Positions 26,400 through 38,502 of a stretch of 64,000 bases of DNA are shown here, piece by piece. The stretch comes from Basidiobolus meristosporus CBS 931.73 (lineage: Eukaryota; Fungi; Basidiobolomycota). Position numbers and translations under genes: made by a program. Under the pieces are notes generated by a model. The model worked only from the letters and a program-made list of their open reading frames with translations, had not been told where the DNA came from and searched no databases. Each line of letters starts with the position of its first letter. Position 1 is the stretch's first letter. The stretch is from NCBI GenBank assembly GCA_002104905.1, contig MCFE01000400.1:1-64000 (forward strand). Reading direction: 5' to 3'.

Positions 26400-28040
26400 A
26401 ATCCTTGCAAAATATAAGCATGTTTTCTTGAGGACCGCTCATGAAGAAGTGCTGCAAACACATCTACCTTGCTAGAGTGTATCTCAACTGGCTCTGCTTC
26501 CAACTCTTGTGAAAACAGCTGCTTTCTTGTTGGTAATTCTTCTTGGCTATGTAGGGATTCAGTCTGCTCCAGGCTTGTGGCATTAATTGGCAACAACTGC
26601 AGTTTTTTTGCATGCCTCCCTGTCTCAGGTTTGGGTAGACACTTTTCCCTTTATTTGTTCCTTTATCACTGCCAGGTCTTTCACTGCTACTTTGTCTGAG
26701 TGCTTCTTGTAATAAGCTATGTTTTCTCCTTGATAAATTCTGTTCTGATGCATCTGTCTTGGCCTGCTTGTCCCTTGCTGGCACTCTTCTGGCAACCTGA
26801 AGTTTCTTTTCTGCTTGTTTTGAGCTCTCAACCATAGTTGTGACAGACTCCTGTAAAAGCTGCTGGTTTTTATCACTGCCAGGTCCTTCACTGCTACTTT
26901 GACTGAGTGCTTCTTGAGTGGTACTATGCTTTTCCTTGATCAATGTTGTGCTGGTGAATATGTGTCTGCCTGCTTGTCCCTAATTGGCACTCTTCCAGCT
27001 CCCTGATGTCTCTTTGACACTTGCCTGACGCTTTTGGCCCTGCTTGTAACAAGTGCTTGAGGAAGCCACTGATTTTTAGCCATGGCACCCTTGTTCTTCT
27101 GCCTTTGGTAGCTTCTGCTATTCTTATGATACTTTCTTAGCGTACCAATGCTGGCCTAAAATCTGTTTGCCTTTTTGAATCCAGGATAACGCTCATGGAA
27201 CAAGTCAAGTGCATCCTGCTTGGCCTTGAGTTCCTGATGGCCCCATGGTATGCTGGCCTTAAGGTGATGGCATGCTGGACTTCTGACAGCCTCTTGAATA
27301 TTTGCCTACTCCTCATTACTGCACTCAACAGCTTCATGGATCTTCAATGTCTTTTGATTTTTAGGCTTTAGTATAGACACTACATTGTCTCCCTCCCATG
27401 ATGTGATAGGTTTTTCTGAGGGCTTTATCTTTGGGCACTGTTGTTGTGCTTCAAAGACTGTATGGTATTCCTGTGCTGTTACATTGGGAAATGGCTCAAT
27501 TCTTGGCAGTGACATTGAACTACTTGAGTTCCTTCTTTGCAGCAAAGATACTTCCTTCTCTACCTGGGATATTGATTGCTCTACACATATTATCTGCTCA
27601 TCCTGTTTCTGGACTATTTCCTGATTTCCCTGGGCCATTGCATCTATCCTATCAGCCACTGCATCTAATTGTTTCATTAATGCTTTGGTATGAGCTGCCA
27701 ACATGCTTGCTAATATGAGTGGTGGTGTTGTTATTGTGGCCACTTGCTGGTCCTCAACTGAGGGTAATGCACTTGCTACATTCTCATCTACCTGAGTGTA
27801 ATGGTCAGCTTGTGGCTCCACAGAGGTTATCAATTGCCTACTTGACTGAGAGCCTTAGGAGTCTGCATTATCATCTTCAATGGCACACTGTGTACAGAAC
27901 CATTTTTTAGATGTAGCCCTGCTTGTTGCATTGAATGTTGAAGCAAGCTGCTGTCCAACCATTCTTCTGTTGCCATCAGCAGTGGGGTTGGGATGGGAGC
28001 CAGACAACTTTGCTTTATTATTTGGCAGCATATATATGGA
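26400..28040 (-). pseudogene. Accessory ORF1 of CACTA-type copy III
   Basis: ORF fragments 27306-27833 (coiled coil KALMKQLDAVADRIDAMAQGNQEIVQK), 27137-27337, 26464-26943 and 26625-26891. Confidence 0.7.
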
Positions 28041-28509
28041 AGTGAGTCAAGCCAAAGGAGAAATAGTGTTATATATATGTGTATGTGGTGCAACAGCTGT
28101 ATTTATAATGCTTAATATGGTGGGTCATCATTTAATCTTACATTTATGTAGGTGCAATGTCTCAAATACAGGACTGTCTTAAGTTCACATGAGTATTGAC
28201 CATAAAGTGATATAATAGTGTTATGTTGTTGAAGGTCAAACTGTTTGCCCCATAGAGAAGACTACTTTGACTCAATATTGCAAAAGAAGAGAAAAAAGAC
28301 CATGTGGCAATTGTGGCAAGCCTCTCAGCCATGAAGCATGCAAATAGCATAGAAAGTATTATAAGGATCACAGCCACTGTATTGCTACCCAAGTCATATT
28401 TGACCATTCATTGGTCACTACTGTACCAACATTATCTTGCTGGCCAGTTGATACTTCTGTATTGGCACCTGGCTGTCTTTGTCACCTAGTGTAAACTGAG
28501 TTAGGTGAG

Positions 28510-30900
28510 CTTGTGGCACCTTTAGGCTCACCTCAGCCATCTGAATGTGGCACACAGAATGATAGTTCTGACAAAGAAGGTTCACTGATGGATTTTGAGC
28601 CTATCTCCCCTAATAACAGTACCATATATGAGCCTGGTCAAATCCAATATGCAATGAGACAACACTCACTGAAACAAGTGCCAAAGATACTTTATGGAGC
28701 CAAGTGGGCCCAGTAATCCATCTACTAGTGAATGATGTAATGTTGTGGCTAGAGAAGTGGCATGTTTCCACTAATTACAGTAATGGGGGCTTTGAGGATT
28801 TATTACAACATCTTGCCAAGATCATACCAGGATGCAACTTACAAAGTACATGGTACAAGTGGACAACCATCATGCGGCTGGCAACATATGATCCAGAGAC
28901 TGTCCTGATTCCAGCATGTGTTAACAGTTGCATGGCATTCACATCTGAAAATGCCACCACTGCAATGTGGCCAAATTGTCAGGAATCCACCACCATTGAG
29001 GGAAAATATTGTTCACACTCTGGATATATTCCGGTAATATTCCATCTGAGGAAGCTGATGCAGTCCACCAAATATCACAAAGCTATAAAGTACCACACAC
29101 AGTATCAATCAAGCGCAAGCATATCCAATATATTTGATGGCAAATATTACAAACAGCTAAGAAGCAAGGGCTACTTCAAAGGTAAGTATGACCATGGCTT
29201 TGCTTTAGCACTTGATGGCTTCCCATTAAACAAGTACTCTACCAGCAAATCCTGCTGGCCACTGATTCTCATCAATCTGAGTCTGCTGTGCATCTTACAG
29301 TATCAGAGTAATAATATGATGGTAGTCTCACTCTGTATCTGGGCCTAAATCACCATCTTACCTGGATAGCTACCTGTATCCATTGCTGGATGAATTATGT
29401 ATGCTTTCCAGGAGGATAACAGTAAAGGGCTGTCATGTCAAAGTGCTGATTGTTATCTGCATTGGAGATACCCCAGCCATCTGCATAATAGCAGGTTATC
29501 CCAAGCACAATGGACGGTATTGCTGCTGAATGTTTGAGATCTAGGGGATTTACTCCCTAACTCATGCACATTATTATTACCCAAACACCAGCACTACGAA
29601 CAACATCTTTCCACAGGGAGAACATACAGAAGTCAGCATACAATTGCAGCAAAGTTGGCAAGCTATAAGCCATTGGCTGGAATATGGAATCAATTGGAAA
29701 CCAGAGATACTTAAGATAAAGGGTATCTGTTGGGGAAAAAGCTTTCCACTGGGAGGAATGCATTTGCTTTTCAACAATATCCCAACACTGATGACCAAGT
29801 TGTACATGGGGCATTTCAAGCTAAATGAGCCCTTTGAGATACCAGAGGAATTTGAAAGAATTGGCAAGATATTACAGAGTATTTACTACCCCAAGTACTT
29901 CTTGCAGGCTCCAATCAATATTCATATGCATATGCAACAATACAAATGCAAAGACTGGATGAATTGGATATGTATTTATTCAAGTAATGTTCAGAAACCA
30001 TTCCTACAAGGAGTACCTTGGAAGCATTGGGAGTCATATGTGGACATTGTAGGAATATTTATCCATAAGTGGATCACCAATGCCAACTTGACACATCTAC
30101 AGTTGTTGTGCAAGCAGTTTGCAATGGGATTTGAGTGGCTATACTACAAACATAATGCTGAACAAGTAGATCTCAGCTGTTACTGTATACATTCACTACT
30201 CCATCTTGCACAGTGTGTGGAGTATATTGGGCCTTGCTTTGCCTTTTGGGAGTGTCCTATGGAGCAGATGCATGGGAAGATAGGAAGACAAGTCAAGTTG
30301 CAAGTACTACCCTATCCCAATCTCATCAAGAATATTACCATCAAGTCTGTCATGGATGTGATGAGTTGGCACATGGAGGAAGAGTTAGAAAGTACTGAGG
30401 ACAAATGTGCACATGGAGACACCTATGTATATAGCATTAAGAAGCTAAGCAGCCCCAATGCATGTGTAATCAGTTAAGTAATGCAAAGTTGGGTTGGGTG
30501 CAACAAGCAACTAATTTTTTTTAGGAAAACTCTACCAAGGTATGCTGGATTTCTCTTGGTCACAAGCCAACATCTACACCATTCAATACAGAACTCACAC
30601 AAACAAGAGCTAGAGCACACCTATAAGGGGGACTAGAATCCAGCAGGGAGAAGGAATGTATTGGCTAAATACCAAGAAGTTCTTTGCAGATATTCATGGG
30701 GTATTCATGGCAGAAGTGGCAACAACCAAGCATATGTTTGCAAGATGTATATGTTACCAGCAGTACAAGCTATATGGCAACTTGGCAGGTATCACACTAG
30801 AAAGCCGTAAAGTTGAGGTGATAGAAGTGTGTCAATTGTGATAGGTGTGCATGTTTGTAGAGGTTAGTAAGCAGGAGGCCATAGTTTTTTTTGATTCAAA
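28510..30900 (+). pseudogene. EnSpm/CACTA transposase (Transposase_21 plus DUF4218-like), broken by stops and frameshifts
   Basis: LALDGFPLNKYSTSKSCWPLILINL; GDTPA; MHLLFNNI; FEWLYY...IHSLLHLAQCVEYIGP...WECPME. The start and end coordinates are approximate. Confidence 0.85.
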
Positions 30901-32622
30901 CTATATGTGGAATACCCAAGGTAGTAGTGGGTAAGCAAATAAAGAGAGGTGACTCTACAGTGGAATATATGAATTGCGCAAGGGGAGGTGGAAAAAGGAA
31001 ATACCATTTGGTAAATTGGTATGGTAGCATTATACAAAACCAGCTGTTGGCTGCCATATAGCCAATATAATGCCATCAGAGTCTTGCTCAGGGCTTGTTA
31101 AAATACCGTCAAGTTTCTTGCCATATAAGGCAATTAGATGTCCTGGCTGGTTGAATCCATTTACAGTAGTTGTAGAGCACAAAAAGACCACAACAATACC
31201 ATGCAATTATTGTCACAGCATCAATCAAGCACCATCAAGCTTCATCATCTTATTTGGTAGTAAAACTAGCAAAATTCCATTGTGATCCTGTCATAGATTG
31301 TTAAGGGGGTCACTAATTCCAAGCTGCTGGTTTTATGATGCTCTCTTAACAGGATCTTGATGGCTGATCTGGATTGGATCCACCTGCAGGACCAAATTAT
31401 TTTTCATAGGGTCACTATAGTGGGTCATCATTGAATCTTACATTCATATAGGTGCATATAGGCCTTCATGCAATAGGTCACACACTTGTCTGGCCAGAAA
31501 TATGTTAGATATCAGCAGAACTCTGGTGAGAGGAGTCCTTAATAGACTGCTGAAGGAAGGAGTATGCTAGCAATATTCAGGGACATAGTTGAAAGCTAGA
31601 AATTATTAACAATATTGGCCCAAGCAGCAATTTTTTTTTGCTAATATGAATGCCTCTACTGGGCATATAGTACCTCTATATCTATCTTATATAGCTTGAG
31701 TACTACTGATGGTATGATGGATATGCAACTACTGAGTTAATCTATATACTATACTGGTTCAATATAAGATATAAACTTATGTTAACTCCTATTAAAAAAT
31801 AACTAAAGACTAGCAGAACACCAGTATGCTAACAGTGGTGGTCCCATTGTCCTTAGTAGCAGCTTTTAATATATGATGTTCTGGCAATATTGAGGACAAT
31901 TCTATAGATGCTTGAGTGTGCTTTATCGGAGTAATCCTGATACAAAATGTGATAACAGTCAGCTCACTAGCTCTAGGAGTATATACCTTTGAAAATAGGG
32001 CCAAAATGCCAGTGGTGCACTAGCATAATACTGTGTGAAATCCAGGTTTGTTATTTTTCAAGGGGTGTGCTTATGCTATTGCTTTGACTTTTATATGGAC
32101 ACACCAAGTTAATTTGCTGTTGACATAGGGGGACTTTGTTCTATGAGTACTTGGCAAAACCTTCATACCTTGAAGTTACTACTTTATCTTGAGCATGCTG
32201 AGTTTAATAGTGCAGCAAAATTACAAAGTTTACTTTACGGTCTGTTGAGCCATTCAAATCATCATTATAGGTATGATTTCCAAAAATCCCCAGGAATTGT
32301 TGCACTCATTTAATTAAAGTAGGTCAAGTGATGTTGAAGGAGCACCATATCCCAAACACTTTCCTATATTAACCCCAATACTTCACCTTTGATAAAATAT
32401 CAACTTGGCTATCCTTTCTTCCCTTTGAACCAATCCTTCAATTTCATTAGGCACCTCTCTGGTTGCTTCTAGTCCACTTCTTCCCAAGGAGCCCACCAAG
32501 CCACCATAGGAGTCCAACAACCCGTCCGGGAAAACCACCAAACTTCCGAAGAATCCACCAAGGCCCCAAAGGAACATCAAATTTTTGATTTTTGAACAAC
32601 ACGCTCTTTTAGTTCTCCGATC

Positions 32623-32907
32623 ATGACTTCACATATTGTGTTAGATGCTACCGACTTGAAATGCGCAATTGGTGATATGCTTGATTGGATTGAGGATGAG
32701 GATGAGGAATTTGATATGGAAGTGAAGGAAGCAGGGAAAGATAGTTGCGAACTAGTAACAGCGAGGAAAGCTAAAGGAACTTTGCACTTGAAGGCCAGTG
32801 AAATCGACCCAAGTTGTTCGGACGACAAACTACAGTATGTATTTCTAACTCAGGTGGTTGTGCAGTCCGTCAAATTCACAGTGTGGAGAAGGTCAAGGCT
32901 TGTTTAA
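32623..32907 (+). CDS. Possible small acidic hypothetical protein or gene relic in a CpG-retaining island
   Basis: ATG-initiated 94-aa ORF with protein-like composition, in DNA that is not CpG-depleted. No recognisable family. Confidence 0.25.
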   Translation: MTSHIVLDATDLKCAIGDMLDWIEDEDEEFDMEVKEAGKDSCELVTARKAKGTLHLKASEIDPSCSDDKLQYVFLTQVVVQSVKFTVWRRSRLV

Positions 32908-33089
32908 ATAAAAGTTGGTTCGGACCGTTCCCAGTAATGTAGTGCAAGCTTCTGAAAGGAGTGCCCGTGATGTATTAAATAGCTGTGTGTATATGGTGAC
33001 TGATCGGCAGTGTACGATTCTGAAATGTTTGATCAGTAGTATTTGAAGCGATCAAAAATGAAGAGTTATGATGTATATTATAACCAACC

Positions 33090-33399
33090 TGTTATGATTT
33101 AAATCCTAACTAGTCACTACCAATCACTTGAACACTACTGATCGAACACCTGGAATTCCACACAGACGATCAATTGCACTCAGTGATACACACGTTATTT
33201 AATACATCTTGAACCCTCCTTTTGGAAGCTTGCCCTACGTTATCGGAAGCTCTCCCTCCAAGGCTATCTCTATATAAACTCCTTTGAACACTATCAATAA
33301 AGCATCAACCTTTTACCGGTTCATCAACTATTCAGATAACCTCTCTGATTCGTATTGGACATCCTCTGGTCCTCCTCCGCTTGCCCTCGATTCATAACA
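33090..33399 (+). repeat. 5' LTR
   Basis: Identical to 38182-38491 except at 33122, 33260 and 33367. Contains TATATAAA and AATAAA motifs. Confidence 0.98.
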
Positions 33400-33400
33400 T

Positions 33401-33411
33401 TGGTAGCAGCG
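33401..33411 (+). promoter_or_regulatory. Primer binding site, probably for tRNA-iMet
   Basis: TGGTAGCAGCG begins 1 nt after the LTR. Its complement CGCTGCTACCA fits the initiator Met acceptor (A1:U72, G2:C71, C3:G70, A73). Confidence 0.75.
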
Positions 33412-33450
33412 AACCTCCGATCTCCAAAAAACAAAAACCTCCGTACCTCC

Positions 33451-33715
33451 CAGAAACTTTTCCAATCTCTCAGAAACTCTTCCGATCTCCCAGAAACTTT
33501 TCCAATCTCTCAGAAACTCTTCCGATCTCCCAGAAACTCTTCCGATCTCCCAGAAATCCTTCCAATCCCCCAAAGAAACCCTCCAAACCTCCCAGAAACA
33601 TTCCCTGACCTCCCAGAGAAACTCTTCCAATCTCCCAGATATTCTTCCAATTGTCCAGAGATACCCTCCGTACCTGCCCGAAGCCCTCCCAACCTCCCAG
33701 AGAAACCCTCCGTTT
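33451..33715 (+). repeat. 20-bp tandem repeat in the retrotransposon 5' leader
   Basis: Consensus CAGAAACTYTTCCRATCTCY: six clear units at 33451-33570, then degenerate copies, then an A14 run at 33721-33734. Confidence 0.92.
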
Positions 33716-33820
33716 CACTCAAAAAAAAAAAAAAACAGTACCCAGTCAATTCTGCCAGAGAACCAGCCCCCTTGGTAAACACACCCGCCTACCGCAAATC
33801 AAACAATACCCAAAAACAAA

Positions 33821-36800
33821 ATGAGTGAAGAAAAGCCAAAATTTAGCTCTTCAGAAGAAATGTTGGCCTATATTGAGAGTCTTGAACAACAAGTTGCTGA
33901 GTTAGCCGGTCAAGGACAGTCCCACACAACTGAGCCTGCGGCCCTCCCTAGTCTGGACCCAAGAATGGGTAGGCAGACAGACTTGGACTCTTTACATTTT
34001 GTGAACACCCAGAGATCATGGTTTACTGGTCAAGGTATACAGAGAGAGGGTGAAGCCTCATCTGTAAGACCTGCAGTGCCTCCCAATTCCTTGAATCTTG
34101 GAGAAGATGGGCAAGGCTCTCTGGACTTCACAAAACAATATAGAGCAACAAATCTGAAACTTCAGAAACCCAACATCTTTGAAGGCAAAAGACACACTGC
34201 CACTCTAGAGACTTGGATATTTGAAGTAGAGCAGTACCTATACTTCTCAGATGACTCTGAAGAAGTCAAAGTACATTATGCCTGTTCACTTTTCAGAAAG
34301 GAAGCAACCATGTGGTGGAAACTTCACATTCAAGGAATGAATAGGGGCATCTTTCCACCCATAGCCTCCTGGGCTGACTTTGTTAAAGCATTGAGAAAGA
34401 GGTTTACACCTATCAATGCTGATAGAATGGCAAGAGAAAAACTGTCCAAACTCTTTCAAGCCAAGTCTGTTCAAGAGTACAATGAGCAGTTTAACTTGCT
34501 TAGTATGGAAATTCAAAACATGCCTGATACTGAACTACTTGAGCAATACCTAAGAGGCCTGAAATCCAACACTAGATGGGAAATTGAATACAAAGACCCC
34601 AAAACCCTAATAGAGGCTATGGAACTGGCAGAAAGATATGATGCCATACACTTCAGAAGGGCTGTCAACCACAGAATTGGTCACTCAAGAACTACTACAG
34701 GCTTCAAAGCCAATAACCACATACCTATTGGTAGTCAACCAATCACTGAACAAGGTGCACACTACTCCCAAACACTGGAGCCTATGGACCTAGATGTTAT
34801 GCAGAGCACACCAAGACCTTCTAAAGAGGAATGCTTCAAGCTTGGACTATGCTTTTACTGCAAGGAACAGGGTCATAAAGTCAATGAATGCCCAAAGAGG
34901 CCATTACAAAGAGTATTCCAACTCTCCACTAAGGAGGAGGAGCACACAATCAGCCTTGTTAAGGAATATCAGAGGACTCAGAGCTTATATACTACCCCAA
35001 AGATACTGAAACTCCCAGGGATTCTCAACAACAACCAATGTGTCTCTGTACTCATTGACAGTGGAGCAACTGATGTCTACATTGCAAAAGATGTAGCTGA
35101 TCAGATGAAGCTACAAACAATCCCTTGCCCCCCAATTCACATCCTCTGTGCCACCAAGGAATCAATTATAGTGAACAGCAGGACTGAACCCTTGACTTTA
35201 CAAATCAGGGACTTCCAAGACACCATTTCCCCAATTATCATACCCCAAGCCAACTTTGAAATCAATGTGGGACAAACTTGGCTAAGAAAGCACAATCCTG
35301 ACATAAACTGGCAGACTCAGGAAGTTGTAATCAACAAGGATGATGCAAAATATCATCTGTCACCCAAACCAACCCTGGACAAAGGCAATGCACCAGAACA
35401 CACCATATCAAAGAAACAGCTTGCCCACTCTATCAGACAGAATCCCAAACTGTTGCACATGATAGCCTTTGCCAAAATCCAAGAGACCACAGAAGTGACA
35501 AATGACAGGCTCAAGACCTTGTTAGCAGAGTTTCAAGAGGTTTTTCCCAAGGAAATCCCTGCACTACCCCCAAGCAGAGAGATTGACCATGCCATAGAAG
35601 TAACAGATGATAAACCAAGAAACAGAGCCCCATATAAGTTCTCCCCAAAGGAAATGGAGACTTTGAAGGAAACATTGAAGGACTACCTGGCCAAAGGCTG
35701 GATAAAACCCAGTAAATCACCATGGGGAGCTCCAGTACTCTTTGCTCCAAAGAAGGATGGGAAGCTACGGTTCTGTGTGGACTACAGGGCCCTAAATGCA
35801 ATCACTGTCAGAAATTCCTACCCATTACCAAGAATTGATGCCCTCTTTGACCAACTGGGGAAGGCAAAGATATTCTCTAAAATAGACCTGGCATCTGGAT
35901 ATCACCAAATCAGAATTAAGCCTGAAGACACCTCTAAGACAGCATTCAACACAAGATATGGTCATTATGAGTTTGTTGTGATGAGCTTTGGCCTGACTAA
36001 TGCCCCAGCAACATTTCAGACACTCATGAATAGCATCCTGGAACCATATTTAGAGAAATTTGTCCTGGTCTACTTAGATGACATTCTGATCTATAGTACC
36101 AGCATGGATGACCACATGAAGCACTTGAAGACAGTACTGGCTATACTAAAAAAGCACAAGCTATATGCACAACTTCCTAAGTGTGAATTCCTCACCAGAT
36201 CAGTTGAATACCTTGGTCACATAATCTCAGATAAAGGACTACACATGGATCCAGCCAAGATAGATGCTATCCAGAAATGGGAAGCCCCAAAGTCACTCAC
36301 TGAAATGAGATCCTTCCTGGGACTTGCATCATATTACAGAAGATTCATCAGGGACTTTGCAACTATTGCAGCCCCCCTTACAGACTTGACCAAAAAAGAG
36401 AAAGACTATATATGGACCCCAAACTGTGAGACAGCTTTCCTAACTCTGAAAGAAAAGCTATGCCAAACTCCTGTGCTTCAGTTGCCTGATTTCTCAGAAC
36501 CTTTCTGTGTATACACTGATGCTTCAGATCTAGCTGTTGGAGGGGTACTGACTCAAAAAGAACACCCAGTTGCTTATGAGTCCAAAAAGCTATCAGTAAC
36601 TGAACAAAACTACCCAGTCCATGAAAAAGAACTCTATGCCATACTACATTGTCTGAGAGTGTGGAGATGCTACTTGGAGGGCAAACACTTTGTGGTATAT
36701 ACAGATCATGCATCCCTAAGATACATTCACACCCAGAAGCTATTATCCAGAAGAATAACTAGATGGATTGAAGAACTACAACAATTTGATTTTAAAATCC

Positions 36801-38170
36801 ACTACCTCCCTGGGCCAAAGAATACAGTTGCTGATGCACTCTCAAGGCAACATATATCAATGGTAGATCATGAGTTGGACTGGCCAGAATACATGCCAGA
36901 GTACTTGGCAAGTCAGACAATGCCAGAAGATTTATCACAGGAAGTAAGAGTCAAGATTAAGAAAGAAGCAGAGAATTTCTCATATGGTGAAGACGAGGTA
37001 CTTTACAGACACATGGAAGAAATAGGGCCTGTACCATATATTCCATTTGTATACAGAGGTGACATGATAATCAAGAATCATAAAGCCTTTGGACATCTGG
37101 GCATCCAAGGAACTTATGAAATAACTAAAAGGAGAGCCTGGTGGCCTAAACTCAAACAATTTATAGCTGAGACCCTCAAGACCTGCCCTGAGTGCCAGCT
37201 GGCTAGACCATACAACAAGGAACATGCCCCATTAGAACCACTGACTCCAGTTCCAGCATTCTACAGATGGGGAATTGACTTCATTGGAATCTTGCCTGAA
37301 ACTTCAAGAGGGAACAAGTGGATCATAACTGCAATTGACCATACCACTAAGTGGTGTATAGCAAAAGCCATGCCAGCAGCTACTGCAAAAAATGTTGCAA
37401 AATTCCTTTACCTGGAAATCTTTATGCAGTTTGGATGCCCAGGTGAAATTCTGTCTGACAGAGGAGCAAACTTTTTGGAACAAACCTTGAAAGAATACCT
37501 TCAGATAATGGGGGTTAGACATTTGAAGACATCAGCATACCACCCTAGAACAAATGGGGTTACAGAGAGGTTCAATGGACTCTTTGGGAAGATGCTGACT
37601 ACTTATGTCAAAGGAGCCAAACATAAGTGGGATGAATTTGTACATCAAGCACTCTTTGCCTGTCGTATTAGAGTCCATTCAGCAACACAAAAGTCCCCCT
37701 TCTACCTAGTGTATGGTACACATCCAAGAATCCCAGGTGATACCTTACCACCATACATCTGGGACTTAAAGAACCAAAAAGACTTGGCAGAATTCAGAAC
37801 AAGGGAACTGGAAGAATTAGGACATGCAAGACATGATGCCATCAAGAATTTAAAACGACAAGCAGAGAAGATGAAAGAACAGTACAACAAAACAGTGGTA
37901 ACAAAACCCTTAACTTTGGGAAAACTTGTATTAGTCCGAAATGAAAGTAGGCTAAAACTAGAACCACATTGGGTTGGACCCTTTATTATCACAAGAGAAA
38001 TGCCCTTCAACACATTTCAACTCGCAGACATGTCAGGTAAAGTAAAGGAGGACCTAGTGCATAGAGACCGACTAAAGGAAGCACAGCTAAAAAACCCAAT
38101 GACACCACCAACCAAATACTGGTATTACAAGTCCGATAGACAGGACTCTTCAGGAGAAGAACCTCTTTAA
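33821..38170 (+). CDS. Gag-Pol polyprotein, single ORF, 1449 aa (gag, CCHC knuckle, protease, RT, RNase H, integrase; no chromodomain seen)
   Basis: [14 protein letters not shown]; LIDSGAT; YLDDILIYS; YTDASD; H-x4-H...CPEC; GIDFIG / SDRG / TERFNG; GPF motif. Confidence 0.98.
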   Translation: MSEEKPKFSSSEEMLAYIESLEQQVAELAGQGQSHTTEPAALPSLDPRMGRQTDLDSLHFVNTQRSWFTGQGIQREGEASSVRPAVPPNSLNLGEDGQGSLDFTKQYRATNLKLQKPNIFEGKRHTATLETWIFEVEQYLYFSDDSEEVKVHYACSLFRKEATMWWKLHIQGMNRGIFPPIASWADFVKALRKRFTPINADRMAREKLSKLFQAKSVQEYNEQFNLLSMEIQNMPDTELLEQYLRGLKSNTRWEIEYKDPKTLIEAMELAERYDAIHFRRAVNHRIGHSRTTTGFKANNHIPIGSQPITEQGAHYSQTLEPMDLDVMQSTPRPSKEECFKLGLCFYCKEQGHKVNECPKRPLQRVFQLSTKEEEHTISLVKEYQRTQSLYTTPKILKLPGILNNNQCVSVLIDSGATDVYIAKDVADQMKLQTIPCPPIHILCATKESIIVNSRTEPLTLQIRDFQDTISPIIIPQANFEINVGQTWLRKHNPDINWQTQEVVINKDDAKYHLSPKPTLDKGNAPEHTISKKQLAHSIRQNPKLLHMIAFAKIQETTEVTNDRLKTLLAEFQEVFPKEIPALPPSREIDHAIEVTDDKPRNRAPYKFSPKEMETLKETLKDYLAKGWIKPSKSPWGAPVLFAPKKDGKLRFCVDYRALNAITVRNSYPLPRIDALFDQLGKAKIFSKIDLASGYHQIRIKPEDTSKTAFNTRYGHYEFVVMSFGLTNAPATFQTLMNSILEPYLEKFVLVYLDDILIYSTSMDDHMKHLKTVLAILKKHKLYAQLPKCEFLTRSVEYLGHIISDKGLHMDPAKIDAIQKWEAPKSLTEMRSFLGLASYYRRFIRDFATIAAPLTDLTKKEKDYIWTPNCETAFLTLKEKLCQTPVLQLPDFSEPFCVYTDASDLAVGGVLTQKEHPVAYESKKLSVTEQNYPVHEKELYAILHCLRVWRCYLEGKHFVVYTDHASLRYIHTQKLLSRRITRWIEELQQFDFKIHYLPGPKNTVADALSRQHISMVDHELDWPEYMPEYLASQTMPEDLSQEVRVKIKKEAENFSYGEDEVLYRHMEEIGPVPYIPFVYRGDMIIKNHKAFGHLGIQGTYEITKRRAWWPKLKQFIAETLKTCPECQLARPYNKEHAPLEPLTPVPAFYRWGIDFIGILPETSRGNKWIITAIDHTTKWCIAKAMPAATAKNVAKFLYLEIFMQFGCPGEILSDRGANFLEQTLKEYLQIMGVRHLKTSAYHPRTNGVTERFNGLFGKMLTTYVKGAKHKWDEFVHQALFACRIRVHSATQKSPFYLVYGTHPRIPGDTLPPYIWDLKNQKDLAEFRTRELEELGHARHDAIKNLKRQAEKMKEQYNKTVVTKPLTLGKLVLVRNESRLKLEPHWVGPFIITREMPFNTFQLADMSGKVKEDLVHRDRLKEAQLKNPMTPPTKYWYYKSDRQDSSGEEPL

Positions 38171-38181
38171 GTGTGGGAGTA
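38171..38181 (+). promoter_or_regulatory. Polypurine tract-like sequence before the 3' LTR
   Basis: GTGTGGGAGTA immediately precedes TGTT. Confidence 0.6.
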
Positions 38182-38491
38182 TGTTATGATTTAAATCCTA
38201 ACTAGTCACTACCGATCACTTGAACACTACTGATCGAACACCTGGAATTCCACACAGACGATCAATTGCACTCAGTGATACACACGTTATTTAATACATC
38301 TTGAACCCTCCTTTTGGAAGCTTGCCCTACGTTATCGGAAGCTCTCCCTCCGAGGCTATCTCTATATAAACTCCTTTGAACACTATCAATAAAGCATCAA
38401 CCTTTTACCGGTTCATCAACTATTCAGATAACCTCTCTGATTCGTATTGGACATCCTCCGGTCCTCCTCCGCTTGCCCTCGATTCATAACA
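38182..38491 (+). repeat. 3' LTR
   Basis: Matches 33090-33399 and retains 12 CpGs (counted by eye). Confidence 0.98.
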
Positions 38492-38502
38492 AACCCAAGT
38501 TC

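Larger units (their letters stand above)
25820..31411 (+). mobile_element. CACTA-type copy III, apparently full length (~5.6 kb) but decayed
   Basis: Imperfect TIR (A)CCTATGAAAAATTATT / AATTATTTTTCATAGGG. Candidate 3-bp TSD TCA (25817-25819, 31412-31414). No nested inserts were seen. Confidence 0.82.
33090..38491 (+). mobile_element. Intact Ty3/gypsy LTR retrotransposon (5402 bp), 4-bp TSD AACC
   Basis: 310-bp LTRs (TGTTATGA...TCATAACA) differing at 3 positions. AACC at 33086-33089 and 38492-38495. PBS, uninterrupted gag-pol and PPT are all present. Confidence 0.98.

Noticed and set aside
31413-31422. CACTATAGTG palindrome as a canonical CACTA terminus
   Set aside because: It lies just outside the CATAGGG end shared by three right termini, and no matching CACTA is present at any left end.
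1-32500. Dozens of 60-140 aa ORFs as host genes
   Set aside because: They are fragments or antisense shadows of decayed transposon sequence repeated elsewhere in the window.
1-32500. Classical ascomycete RIP as the cause of decay
   Set aside because: CpA and TpG are abundant while CpG is specifically lost, which fits 5mCpG deamination better. A formal RIP index was not computed.
31420-32520. Possible gypsy RT remnant on the minus strand (VQQFLGIFGN-like)
   Set aside because: A single weak motif with no supporting neighbours; the segment is left unassigned.
33451-33715. CRISPR-like array
   Set aside because: The units are contiguous with no unique spacers, and the context is eukaryotic with no cas genes.
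33328-33828. Several 75-157 aa ORFs on both strands
   Set aside because: They are translations of the LTR and the 20-bp leader repeat.
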